Assembly (NCBI GenBank): GCA_016748015.1 | Contig: JAAOMT010000200.1 | Coordinates: 308,984 to 372,983, forward strand | Direction: 5' to 3' | DNA from: Geosiphon pyriformis uo1 | Lineage: Eukaryota; Fungi; Glomeromycota | DNA length: 64,000 nucleotides | Shown: piece after piece, positions 13,620-26,150 of the stretch | How the letters are laid out: the number at the start of each line of letters is the position of its first letter | Position numbering within the stretch: position 1 is the stretch's first letter | Position numbers and translations under genes: made by a program | Notes under the pieces: model-generated | The model's database searches: none | Seen by the model: the letters and a program-made list of their open reading frames with translations, nothing else | What the model was told of the DNA's origin: nothing

Positions 13620-13790
13620 CTAGTTGGTTATTAAAAATAATTTTATTTCAACCCTGAAAGCATAAAAAAATTCAATCTATTTGGCCATTGAGAATAAAAA
13701 GATATAGTCTATTTGGCCATCAAGAATAATTATATTCCAAACTCAAAAGCATAAAAAAGTATACTATATTTGGTCGTCGAAAATAACTCT
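13620..13790 (+). repeat. Degenerate ~57-bp tandem repeat with core CTATTTGGCCRTCGAGAATAA
   Basis: Core copies at about 13620, 13677, 13709 and 13766 (spacing 57/32/57); AAAGCATAAAAAA recurs between them. Confidence 0.75.
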
Positions 13791-14118
13791 TTTACAACTT
13801 TGAGAGAACACAAATAAACACAAACACCTAAACACATACTATTTGGTCTGTGATATCATCATACAAAAAGGGCCACTTAAGGCATGTCAGTTATTTACAT
13901 TATAGCTAAATTCGGAAATTGTTGATATGAGGATCCTTTATTGTTGGCTCTAATTCCTTATATGGGTTTAAGGGTTGACCTTGTACTGACTGAAATATTA
14001 CGGTTGTAGGGGTGATAGCTTCCAGTAGTGATTCCAGTATAAACTTTTCAACACCATTCTTTATAAATATAACTCGTAATTGTAGTTAAAAGGAGAGAGA
14101 TTTGAAAGACTCAAGAGT

Positions 14119-14630
14119 TTGGGGAAAAAAAATGCATTAAGAGCAAAAACAAAAACAATCAGAAGGTCATACAATTATATAATGGAAGAAAATTCCATTT
14201 TCTTCCATAGCCAGGATGATGTTATGCAAAGAAATTTCGATTGTTACATAAAAGCAAAAAATTTTTCTTTTTTTTTTGAATATCCACTTCGAGACGCATT
14301 TGCAAATCCATTAATGAATGCAATCTAGAATTTGAAAGTGAATTCATGCTCACTATGTGGAAATTTTTTCAAACCCAGATGCTACTTGCAGACATTTATT
14401 TCATCAAATTTGTCTCAAAAAACATCTTTTACAATCGGAACTAAGATGTCCAGTTTTTAAATAAAATAAAGATATCGAAACCATCCTCTCATCAACTGAG
14501 ACAGAATCACAAGAAGATTTAATAGAGATATCACCACAAATAACTAAAGAAAATCATAGCAAGGATCCTTTATTATTCGAGAGTGAAGATATTTTTGGTA
14601 TTTCATTTGGCTTAAGATTAAGTAGATGAG
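14119..14630 (+). pseudogene. RING-H2-type zinc-finger protein pseudogene fragment
   Basis: After a stop at 14326-14328 the frame continues NLKVNSCSLC (14347). A shifted frame from 14387 reads CRHLFHQICLKKHLLQSELRCPV, giving C-x2-C...C-x-H-x2-H-x2-C...CP, followed by an acidic tail. Confidence 0.65.
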
Positions 14631-15640
14631 AAGTTCACATAAGTAAAGATAAATTACATGTTTCTACTAATATTTAAAAATTTTCTGTTATAGACCCTGA
14701 AATTTCTAGGATATCAAACAAGGCAAAGTGTACCACAAAGTCAAAATTTAATCCCCACTACAAACATCGTTAAAAGAAAATTTTTTGCGATTTATTACAT
14801 CAAGATTTGAGGTTTTGGTAATTAAAACTATTTGAATAGTATTCTTCTTTAAATCTCTCTATAGCGAGATGGGGTGGAAAGAACAGTTAACGTTGACGCT
14901 AATTTATTTTTTCAAAAGTTTTTTATTAATCTTTTAATATACTTTATTTTGATGATATATTTTTGTGTATTTAAATTTTCTAGGAAAATTGAACATAATT
15001 CTGAAAAAAAAAGGCCTCTTCTATATATAATCACGGGTTTATTTTATAATTAGCTACCCAAATATGATTTGATGAAATTAATTAAAAACGATTTTTTAAA
15101 CATTTGATTTTGTGATTAAAAATTAACATTTTTTTTGATTGGTTAAAGAAGATAATCCTCCAATTTCTGATAGTTATTAATTACTCTTACTCCAAAATAA
15201 AAAATCGAAAGGTCGGAAAATATAAGACTAATATAATATTGTTCAATACACATTCTAAAAGATGAACAGAACCCAAAGTGCTTTGAAGTTTTCGTGATTG
15301 GTCAAATGAAACAAGGGGGTATTTCAAGAGGTCACGAGTTACTGTTGGTGAATTAATTTTTGTATTAACGTCCTGCTTAAATTTGTAATCCGAACAAATA
15401 ATTTTAAAAGAGGGTTAAGTAATTGATCTATGCATGATGAGATAAGATTAAAAAGGAAATCAAATTGAAATCAGCAAACCTGATTTGACCCAAAAGGCAG
15501 AAAAAAGAGCCAAAAGAAGTTTTTTTGATTGTAAACATTTATAATGGAATTTTTTAAAATATTCTTTTTTTAATAAAATATGCAGGGAACAATGGGAAAA
15601 TCAGGTTGGTTTATCTTTGATTGAACTTTATAATTGAAAT

Positions 15641-15642
<2 letters not shown>

Positions 15643-15726
<84 letters not shown>
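15643..15726 (+). repeat. (AAT)28 microsatellite
   Basis: Perfect trinucleotide run. Confidence 0.98.
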
Positions 15727-15727
<1 letters not shown>

Positions 15728-17707
15728 TAAAAATGATCAGATAATATTCTAAAAGGATCTTTTTGAACACTCCTTAAATTGATCTGTTAAATCGACCCTG
15801 TACACCTGAACCATAATGCATTATAGTAGTTCACTTTAGAAATGAATCGGATGATATTTATATGATGTAATGCATCCACTCCTAGATCATCATCAATTGG
15901 TGATCATTCGTTTTATAAAAGATAAAATGCCACGCCATTCTCGGATTCAATTATTTTTCCGAGATATTACTTTAAATAAGCAGACTATTTTGGTCTACGG
16001 TGGAACGGACATGGTAGAAATTTGTAATTTGTGCATGTCAATTTGAAACAATTTTATTGAATATGAATATAATAAAGATATTATTCTTTATTTTATATAT
16101 AAATATTTTTTCACTTGCATAGAACGTGTCCATTTTCTTTTAAAGATTTCTTGGTAATCGAGTAAATTATGGATTGGGTTAAGATATTGACTCGTGCTCT
16201 TTTCAATTATCTAAAATTTTTCGGTAAAATTTTTTAAAAAATATGAGATGCTAATAATAATAATAATATGTCAAGATTAATTTGAAATACAATTTTAAAT
16301 TAAATATTAGGGTTTTATATTTCAATTTTCATATTTATATAAAGTTCCTAAGATTTGTGCTAATGTAAATTTAGATTATTCTTTTCAATAAATGCTAATT
16401 AAAAAAAAGTTTTCATCAACATGATTGTCAGTGATTCATTAATGGTCAGATTGTCAGAAACAAAAGAATATTTGAATCATTAAGGAGAAAATAGACTGAT
16501 GATTTAAAAAGCAAGCCTTCCAGGGTAATACTAAATTTTTCTTTGATACTTTTTTCATTGAATAAAAAAAATTAATTAACATTTTTAAAGAGAAATAAAA
16601 AACACCTCAGCTTACTAATAATAAATGCCTGTAAAACGATATAACTTTTTAAAGTTAAAATTTTGTTTCAGTTTCTATACTGGATGGATATCCATAAAAA
16701 TTTTCACTAGTTTAACATGTTCAAATAATGAAAAAATTATTGATTTTATTTCTGGAATTCCATATTTGCGTTATATTGCATAAAAATTATAAGCTATCAT
16801 ATTTTTGACATTTTTCTACACCGGGAATCCATTTCCTCAACTTGAAACTTTCCGGTTGGTTTTACTCTAAATGTGTTTGTGCATGGTCACGGACATTTTA
16901 TTAAAATGCAAAAAAAAAATAAAAACAGGAGAACTTAAAAAATTTTATAATTCTCCAAAAACACTTTCGATAATCAATTATGATGATTAAACCATTCTCC
17001 TTCTACATTACTTTAAATGGAAATTCATTTGACTAGTGGTAATCAATCAAAACAATAATAAATTTTTTCGAAAATCAAAACATATTAATTTTATGCATGT
17101 CAAATTTTGACAACAGCATCACCCACTAGCAGCAGCAGCAGCAGCAGCAACAACAGGAAAAAGCTACAGGCCTTGAATATTATAGGTCGGAAAGAACAAA
17201 ATAAAGAACGTGCAGCCGAAAATGACCAGTGACCAAGTCACCGGTTTTAGAAAAATAATGATGGCGTAATCCCAGGCAGGATGAATAATTTTGCAGAAGA
17301 TTGAGCGGCATGAATTTTTGCCTCTTTTTTTTTTTTTTGCCAGCCTGACTGTCTTTAAACCGTTCAAAAAGTTTGAGACAATATTATACCTAGTTTGAAC
17401 AACACCCACCATTACCGCCTACCATCATCATCATCAAAATCACTATAACTATCATAATATAATCATAATCATATAATAATCATAATAATCACTCATTGAG
17501 CTACCCAATATATTGGTTGCGAATAATTGGTTCCGGAACTCACATGAAGTAACCCACTATTAATGTAATTAACTAATGGGAATTTTAATATAAATAGACT
17601 ATAAGTTAGGATGGTAATCAAATTGCTCAACCCAGCCTATGATCTTTCATCACAAAAAAAAAAACGACCATATTAATAATAAAATTAAAATTAAAAACAA
17701 CGACAAA

Positions 17708-19322
17708 ATGGAAGATTTTGCTTCTTTTTTGCATTTACAGCCTCTTCAACTGCAACAGTTGCCACTTGAACGGCAAAACCATCAATGTCAACAACCACCA
17801 TCACCACAATTTTTACCCTTTCTTTCACAAGCTTCAACAAATTTTGCCGTTTACGATTTTATGCCTTCGACTCTTAACGCAAATTTCTTGCCACAATGGA
17901 TTACTTATGCGGGTCCCACTATTTTGGGCCCATTAACTCCGAATACGTTAAATGATTATGATCAATTTATTCCATCACTACTATCATATCAACATCAACA
18001 ATTACCACCATCACCACCATCAACATTCTGTAAGAGTTATGATCAGCATCATCAAAAAGTTTTTATAAATGTTATAAATGATGAGTGTCTCCCATCAACC
18101 ACAACAAGTGGCGAGAATAACAAAAACATCAACAAAAACAATAATTGTTATGATTTATCAAATTTAAATACGACCACCTTATTAAGTAATTCGGTTGCAG
18201 TTGAGCCTGTTTCCAATCCAACAAATGCCAAGATTGAAAATTTTTTAAAACATTCAATTAATATTCAACAACAACAACAACAACAATCACGGTTGACACA
18301 AAATCATCATCAGCAACAAGAAGCTTTGTCAATTTCACAAGCATTGAACATGAATCAAAATATCTTTGGAAATAGTTCCTCGGGGATTGATTCAAATTTA
18401 TTTTCAACTTGGGCTCCTTCAAATTTGGAAATGTCCCCCAATTCCAAAATCAATAACAATTCAAATATTATTCCACTATCACCTCAATCTCCTCTCACTT
18501 CCGCGCCTTCTTCTGGATCATCATCACCGACGACATCCTTCATAAATGACCACGTTACATCATTATTACAACAACAACAATCTCCAGTTTCCCTGAATTC
18601 TTCATCTATAATGATTTCGTCAACAGGTCCCATAAGACGCGCGCGTAATGTAATGTCGATAAATACCCTAAACACTTTGAACACCGCTCCTTCATCACAG
18701 AAACCGTCAGCATTGACAAATAATTCACCTACTACTACTACTACTACTACTACTACTCCTACATCATCATCATCATCATCATCAGAATCATCGTCACCAG
18801 TAAGACCACAATTTTCATATAGTGGTCCCCCGAAGAGCTATTACTCGAGACTTCCATTGTACGACCGACCTTTCAAATGTGATCAATGCCCACAAAGTAT
18901 GTATTATTGTTATCAGTTTATTTTTGATTATGATGATCTGTTGTGTTCATGCTTGATGCAGGAGCATTCGGTTTACAGGTTATACGAATTTTTTTACCAA
19001 TTTTAAATATATGGTATTCAATAGTCTTTTGCTAAATACAGTCCGTTCCATTGTATTTTATTAATTAGGCTTCAATCGCAACCATGATTTAAAGCGCCAC
19101 AAAAGAATTCATCTGGCTGTGAAACCTTACCCGTGTTCCTTCTGCGAGAAACAATTTAGCCGAAAGGATGCATTGAAAAGACATATTCTTGTAAAAGGAT
19201 GCGATAATGTCAACAAGGCATCTGTCAATAAGGCATCCCCCGCCGCTGCAAAATCTCCTACCTCAAATTCTCCCACGGTGATTGGCGAAAAAGGATCAGA
19301 TGTTCAAAGGCAGCAACAGTAA
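17708..19322 (+). CDS. C2H2 zinc-finger transcription factor (two C-terminal fingers, long Q/N/S/P/T-rich N-terminus); join(17708..18896,19069..19322), ~480 aa; alternative in-frame ATG at 17639
   Basis: Splicing restores RPFKCDQCPQSFNRNHDLKRHKRIHLAVKPYPCSFCEKQFSRKDALKRHILVKGC, a conserved fungal tandem C2H2 pair; aaaATGg start context; no disruptions before the fingers; CpG retained. Confidence 0.93.
18897..19068 (+). other. 172-bp spliceosomal intron within zinc finger 1
   Basis: Donor GTATGT, branch-like GCTAAAT at 19031, acceptor TTAG; the join A|GC gives Ser and keeps the frame. Confidence 0.92.
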
Positions 19323-19985
19323 CAGCAGCAGCAGCAGCAAAATCTTTTGGAATATTCTCCTGAATACCAACTTGCACAAAAATTTTTCCTTTGCAGCAAA
19401 ATTTTTCTCTTTAGTAGTAGTAATAGTAGTAGTAGTGTGATATTTTTTATGCATGATGTGAAATCATTTTCCTTTGATCTTGGTTTACATTCATGCTTCT
19501 TACTTTCCCTGGTATTCTTTCTTTTTTCTTTTTTTCTTTTTCTTTTCCTATTTTGAAAAAATCGTACAAAATCACAAAAAAATTCTGAAATTATTTTCAG
19601 GAGCATAAGACACATCGGTCACTAAAATGTATAATACGTTACCACATTCCCCTATCGATGAATCAATTCCTGAGCTCAAGAAAAATCCTAAAAAAAATTT
19701 ATCAGTTTCAATTAATGAATATAGTTTTTATTTTTTTAATATATCAATCAATGTACATAACACACCTCGGTTTTTTCTCGTTTTCTTTTTTTTTCTTTTT
19801 CACACCTCGGTTCATTCACAAAAAAAAGATACATCACGGTTTTATGTTTATAAAAAACCAATTTTTTGACATACCCCTTTCATTTTCTCATAAATAGACA
19901 CTCGCATATTTCCAATTTCATGATTCCGGCCACTTTTGGCAAAAATTTGTACGATATTTTTTACATTTTTCATAGTAATAAAAAG

Positions 19986-20055
19986 TCACAAACACACACG
20001 CATACACAACATACACACACAAACACACAAATACACATACACACAAACACACACA
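19986..20055 (+). repeat. Imperfect (AC)n microsatellite
   Basis: Interrupted CACA runs downstream of the TF. Confidence 0.85.
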
Positions 20056-20396
20056 AAACCACCTTTCAAGCTTATTAATAAATTCACAAACACACAAAAA
20101 CTTATTAACAAAATTTTGTTGATAATTTGCTTTCGGCATAGTTCGTTACCCATAGGTATATTTCGATTTAACGTTATCGTTTTATTAAAATTTTCAATAA
20201 AACACAACAAAAATAAAAGAAAATCAATATAAATTATATATAAAAAAAAACCACCTAAGCTAAATTCTCTATAAACCAAAAAAAAACATTTCTCTTTTAT
20301 TTAATTCACAATAGCACACAATGGAAAAAGCCGAGTCTGTTTTTGGTAATTGCAAAAGAAAACCAGAAAAGATTTATAGGGTTATCATTACTATTG

Positions 20397-20397
<1 letters not shown>

Positions 20398-20441
<44 letters not shown>

Positions 20442-20465
20442 TTACTACTATTACTACTACTACTG
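20398..20465 (+). repeat. (ACT)n microsatellite
   Basis: Near-perfect ACT run with two ATT interruptions. Confidence 0.95.
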
Positions 20466-23400
20466 CTCCTGCTGTTTGCTGCTTTTGTTTGCTACTATTA
20501 TAAATTATTTTAGGATGACAAGTTCATCACTGAAGGAAAATTTAGAAACTTTTTAAGCAATGTAAAAAAGTTTTTAGATATCCCGAATTTCCCAGGATGA
20601 TCAACCAAATTACCAGTAACCGTTCTTTACTCATTGACCCCAAATAAAGTTCAAACTATGAAAATCTAGCATTCTAATATTTTTCAATCAAAAGCCCCCA
20701 AAAAAAATATAGAAAGAATTTACGATTTACGATGAGTAAGCAAATAAAAGTCTAGGACTCGAGAGCAGACCAAGTAGAGATAACTTTTTTTTTTTACAAA
20801 GAATCTCTTTACATATACTGATAAAGAAAATTTATTTAACAGATTATCTCATTCTTCTTCTTCTATTCTTGCACTCTAATTAGGATTTAGCATTACCTTT
20901 GAATTGATTTCTAATTAAGCAGTAAAAAAATAAAATTTTTATTACAAAAAACTCAAAATACTGATTCTTCAATATAGAAAAACTGTTTTAAGTGGTAAAA
21001 ATAATAAATTCCTCTTTATTACATGTTAATCGCATGAATGATAGGTTTTTGCAGTTTTCATCTTTTGATTCTCGTTAGAATTAAACATTACAAAAAATAT
21101 TAGATTTTTTATTTCTCTTTAAAATTTAGCTCATCGCTTTTTACTTTGGAAAAACTAGCAATCAAGTTAAAATTTATTTGAATCTTCTATACTGAATAGA
21201 TATTTTTTTTAAAAAATGTAATTTCAATAGAAAATATCATTACATCAATATGTCTGAAATTCGTACATTTTTCATTTTTTAAATGTTTTAAATCTAGGAC
21301 AGTCAAATAAATGCTACAAAATTTTATTTAAAACATAATTTTTTTTAAAAACCATTTAGCGAGATATTATTATTCTTCTTTTAATTCTTGAATGTGAGAA
21401 GAAATATTAAATACAAAAGACACTACTAGATGTTGACATCAAATAGCTCTAGTCCTTATTTTTTATAAAACCAATCAAGATTCATTCAATCATACTAAAA
21501 TTGTTTGTCCAAATTAAATGTTTCAAAGAAAATTGAAATTTTTAATTGTGGGTAACTTTTTTTTAAAATTACCGTTTAATCAATTCAATACCTATGTTAA
21601 AAGTATGAGTCTCGTGTTAAACTAGCTTTCCTTTTTTTGAACTTGCATTTTTTTAATTTTAGAGTTGATATCAACTTTCACAACTTTTTTTTCTTTGGTA
21701 TTGTTAGTAAGTCATTTTTATATATTTAGAAAAGAGTTTGGAAATGAATTTATTGTTTTTCGAAATTTGGAATATATATATATAACAATTTTTTTTGAAT
21801 TTAGAATGAACTTGGTTTAAATTTGTTAGTCAAATAAGCGATTCATTAAATAATTAATTAAATTATTTTTATCAATAAAATTTTACTTTTGCCAATAAGA
21901 ATCAAAAAGCAAAATTCAAGTCTAAATTTTATAAAACAAATGTGTAAATTTATTGCAGTTTAAGAATCAATTTCTAACTTTTAAAATCTGTTGAAATATT
22001 TAACCAAATTTCCATAAAAATTATAAAGTAATATTTTCAATTGATAACAACATCATATTTAATCTGTTTTCATTATTTGAAATTTTACAAATTTAAACTT
22101 TTTATTAATAATTAGTCAATAATTTGAATGATTCAACTCTTTTATTATTTAAAATATGATTAAATAATTAAATATATTATTAATAATTTTTATAACATAT
22201 TTACTAGTTTATTTAATTGATCAAAATTTATTGAATTCAAGATTAATTAAAACTTTTATGAATTTAATTCATTTTTTTAAATATTCATTTTTTAAATTTT
22301 AGTAGTTTTTACATCTTTTATATTTTTGTTAATTTATTATTAAAAACAATTGGTTTAACCTTCTTGATTTATTTGTTTTTTTAATTCAATACTAATAATT
22401 TGGTTTTAAACTATGAAATATTAAATGTTAAATGTTAAATTTTTTATATAATAAAGAAACATTATATTAAGTTTAATTTATTGAAAGGTTGTTTTTAATT
22501 AAAACCAAGTTTTTTTGATTATCTTAAAAAAAATCGGTTATTTTTTTAATCATATTATAATAAAAATATTAAGTTGATAATTAAGATTTTTTTAAATTTT
22601 AAAATTTGATAACAATGCTAACATTAACACATTTCGTTAAAGCTTTAAAAAAAAAAAGTGTTGAAAAAATTTTTTTAAGGTTTTTAAAAAATAATAAGTT
22701 TTTTAATTTTTTCATTTTAATCTTTTAATTGCTCAAAATATTATTTTTGATTTTATTTTTAACATATTTGTAAAATACCAAAACAAATTTTAAATATTTG
22801 ATAATTAATATTATTGCTAAATTTTAAGTAATATTAAATAAAATAATTTTAATTTATATATTTATTTTTTATTGTTAATTTTTTGTTAAATTTTTTGTTT
22901 TCAAAAAAAATTGTTATTAATTATTAAAATAAATAAATATTATATAAATTGTATTTAATTATATTTATTTAATTTAAATTTTTATTTTTATTTTTATTTT
23001 ACTTAATATTAAACAATTTAATAAGTTGTTTTATGGTTTATAATTATTAATCATTCTTGTATAATTCAATTATTACATATTAAACATAAATTATGTTATA
23101 AACAATATATAATTAATCATTTGAACCAATTAAAATTATTTTAAATTAAATAATAAAAACAAATTTTGTGCTTTTATTTTGCCAATACAATAATTTAAAT
23201 AAATAATTTTTTTGCTATTTTTAATTTTAAAACTTTGAAAATTTTACAAAATTATTAATGTTTTATAATTTAAATATTTAATACTTAATTCTTTTTTGAA
23301 TTTTTTTGAATTATTTATTTAAATTTTTTTTTCTTAATTTTATAATCATAACTAAAACAAAAAGTAAAAAAGTTTTAAACATAACTAATAAAGTTTTAAC

Positions 23401-23940
23401 AAAAAAATGTTTTTTTATTGTTAAAACAGTTAAACAAAATGTTTTAACAATGTTTTTCTTAAGTATTAATAATAAAAAGCTGTTTTTAACAGTATTATAA
23501 ATAGGTTTTCTTGGTATATTAATTTTTAATATATTTATTTTACTTGTAATTAGTCTCTTATAAATTTCTTGATTTTATTTGTATAATATTATTAATATAA
23601 TATAAATTTTATTTTAATTTTTGATTATTGTATATATTTATATATTTTTTTTTAAAAACTAATTTAAAATTTATTTATTATATTATAATTTTTTTAAAAC
23701 TATTCTTGTATATACTTAAAATGTTTTTCTAAATTAAAAACATAAAATATTAATAGTTTTTAATGTTTTTTCTAATTTTTATAATAAAGTTTTTATCAAT
23801 TAATAATAACATAAATAATTTTGATTATTAATTATTTTTTTAAAAAATTTAGCTAATAAAAGATAATTTTATTTAATAAATAATACAAATAAGTTTTTTA
23901 ATACTTTTTAAATAATAATAATTTAATTTTTAATATTATT

Positions 23941-24602
23941 GGTAATATTGAGGTCTTAGATCATGTTTTTTCTTGCACATTCAACATTTCTGTTTGCTAT
24001 TATTTGTTGAATGTCTATACAGAAGCTTAAAGGATGTTTTCTGATCTTTTTCATTTCTTTTTATGTGTTTTTTAGCTAATATTCTTTTGTGTATTGGATG
24101 CTACAATATGTATAGCTCTCTGCAAGAGCTTTATTTTTAGTAATTAATATCAAGAAGCTGTTTTTGTTTTCAGTAATTCCAAAGTGACAGGTCTGAAAAT
24201 TGTAAGCTTTGTGTGTAATTTTTGTTTTGTTTTTAAGGAAGAGGTTTGGTTGGTTTATGTTAAACATCATTTTTTTATAGAAAACAATAAGCTAATTTTT
24301 CATAATAGTTCAGCTTTTGTTTCTATTTCTAGACTGTTCATAATACTTTCTGCTAGTGTAATTAAATTGCTTGATATTACTAAGACATTTGGTGTTAATT
24401 TTGGTTTACATAAGTCTTGCTTGTTTTTTTTAGGTATTAGTAACTTGGTTTTAGTTTATATAAATGTATAATATTGTTCTAATCAGCTTAAGTGGCTGGT
24501 CACATATAGAAAAAACATGATTTACTCCTAGTTTAGATTATTTGTATAATGTATAATACTAAACAATATATGGACTTTACTTATTAAATAAATAAATAAA
24601 AA
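23941..24602 (+). mobile_element. LINE copy C, 5'-truncated (ORF2 C-terminus and 3'UTR)
   Basis: Starts inside the zinc finger (GNIEVLDHVFSC); C-terminus FGLHKSCLFF..VYINV; family 3'UTR; possible TSD AATATTATT at 23932-23940 and 24603-24611. Confidence 0.88.
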
Positions 24603-25199
24603 AATATTATTTCTTATTTTTTTAATTTAAAAAATAATTAAAGTAAAAGATTAAATTATTAGAATTAATTGTTAAAATTATTATTTTTTTAATATTAAAA
24701 CTATTATATATATATATATTTGTAGTTTTATAAAAAAACATATTATAATACTTTTTTTTAATATTTTAATCTAATGTTTATTGCTATTATTAATTAATAC
24801 TTATTACTATTGTAAACTAATACTTACTACTATTGTAAAATAGTACTTGTTACTATATTAATTATTATTTTTATAAGATTATTACTATATTATATTATAA
24901 TTTAATAATTTATATTATTTTATAATTTTTTGCTAAATTTTTGAATTATAATATTATTTTCTTTTTTTAAAATTAAATTTTATTAAAATTAGAGTTAATT
25001 TTTTTATTAAATTCTAAATTATTATAATAGTTTAATATTGTATTATTAATTTGTTATTGTAATTTTTGAAATTATAAGTTAATAAGTTATTTAATATTAT
25101 TAGTAATTATTATGTTTGTAATTAGTTAATAATTTTATATATATCTTATTTTTAACAAACAATTAGTATTAATATTTTTTATATTTTTTTATATTTAAT

Positions 25200-26150
25200 A
25201 ATATAATTATATAAAGCTAATATTTGTAACTATTTAATATATTTTTTTGTTAATGTTTTTTTGCTATTTAATCAAATCAAACTTTTATAATCTGTAATAA
25301 TATCAAAAATTTTATATTGTAAATATATATTAAAATAATTATAACTCCAAATTACTATTAAATATTCTAATTTTTGTACTATATAGTTTTGTTTTATACT
25401 AAAATTTTTATTAATATAAGTAATTATATATTTTTTTCTATTATTATTTTTTTGTAAAAGAATAATATTAAGTTTAATTTTAAAGATATTTATAACCAAA
25501 ATAAATTTCTTGTTAAAATTTGAATAAATTATTATTAGCAATTTAATAAGTTTTTGTTTAAAATACTTAAAAACTTTTTATTGTATTTTAATCTATTTAA
25601 ATTTTATATTTTAAATAATAAATAATTAAAAAAGTTGATAATATTTAAAAAATTTACTATAAAACAATAGTAATAAGATATAAATTTTAAAAATTTTCTA
25701 ACTTTTAGAATATTTTGAAATATTAATAAGTTTTTTACTTTGTTTATTTTTAATAAATCTGATTTTATTTTATTTTTTTTAACTATATATCCTAAAAATA
25801 TTAAAAATTTTATTAATTAATAATATTAAATATGAATTTTTGGTTGTTTTATTGTTTAATTTGTAATAATTAATGTAAAATCTAATTTTTTTTTATTAAA
25901 ACAACTAATAAGAATTATAAACTTATTAATAGTTAAATTTTTTTTTTCAATATTCTTTAAACTTTTTTTTTAATAAAATTATGTTTTATTAATAAATTAT
26001 AATAATTATATTGTTTTTTAAATTTAATATTTTTAGTAAAAATTTGGTATTAAACCAAGTTGGTTCTTTTAAATTTATTATTTTGCAAAAATATATCTAA
26101 ATATTTTAAAATTAATGCTTTTAATTATTATTATTAATTAAAATTTAGTG
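25200..26150 (-). pseudogene. Ghost Ty3/Gypsy pol (RT-RNase H), extremely AT-mutated
   Basis: Minus strand reads FLGYIVKKNKIKSDLLKINKVKNLLIFQNILKVRKFLKFISYYYCFIVNF and IIYSNFNKKFILVINIF..KLEYLIVIWSYNYFNIYL..IITDYKSL. Both are colinear with the RT/RNase H at 46384-47010 (FLGHIVSKNGVKP..ELREFVELVFYYRNF; AYPDFNKQFQLATDA). Confidence 0.8.

Noticed and set aside
15570-15770. Poly-Leu ORF, and similar ORFs at 19866-20503
   Set aside because: Microsatellite translation artefacts.
17639-19006. 455-aa unspliced ORF and a separate 67-aa ORF at 19119
   Set aside because: The long ORF reads into the intron; splicing joins both into one zinc-finger gene.
17708-19322. Assigning a gene name (FlbC, Crz1, Msn2 and similar)
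   Set aside because: The finger sequences do not match those families as I recall them, so no symbol is given.
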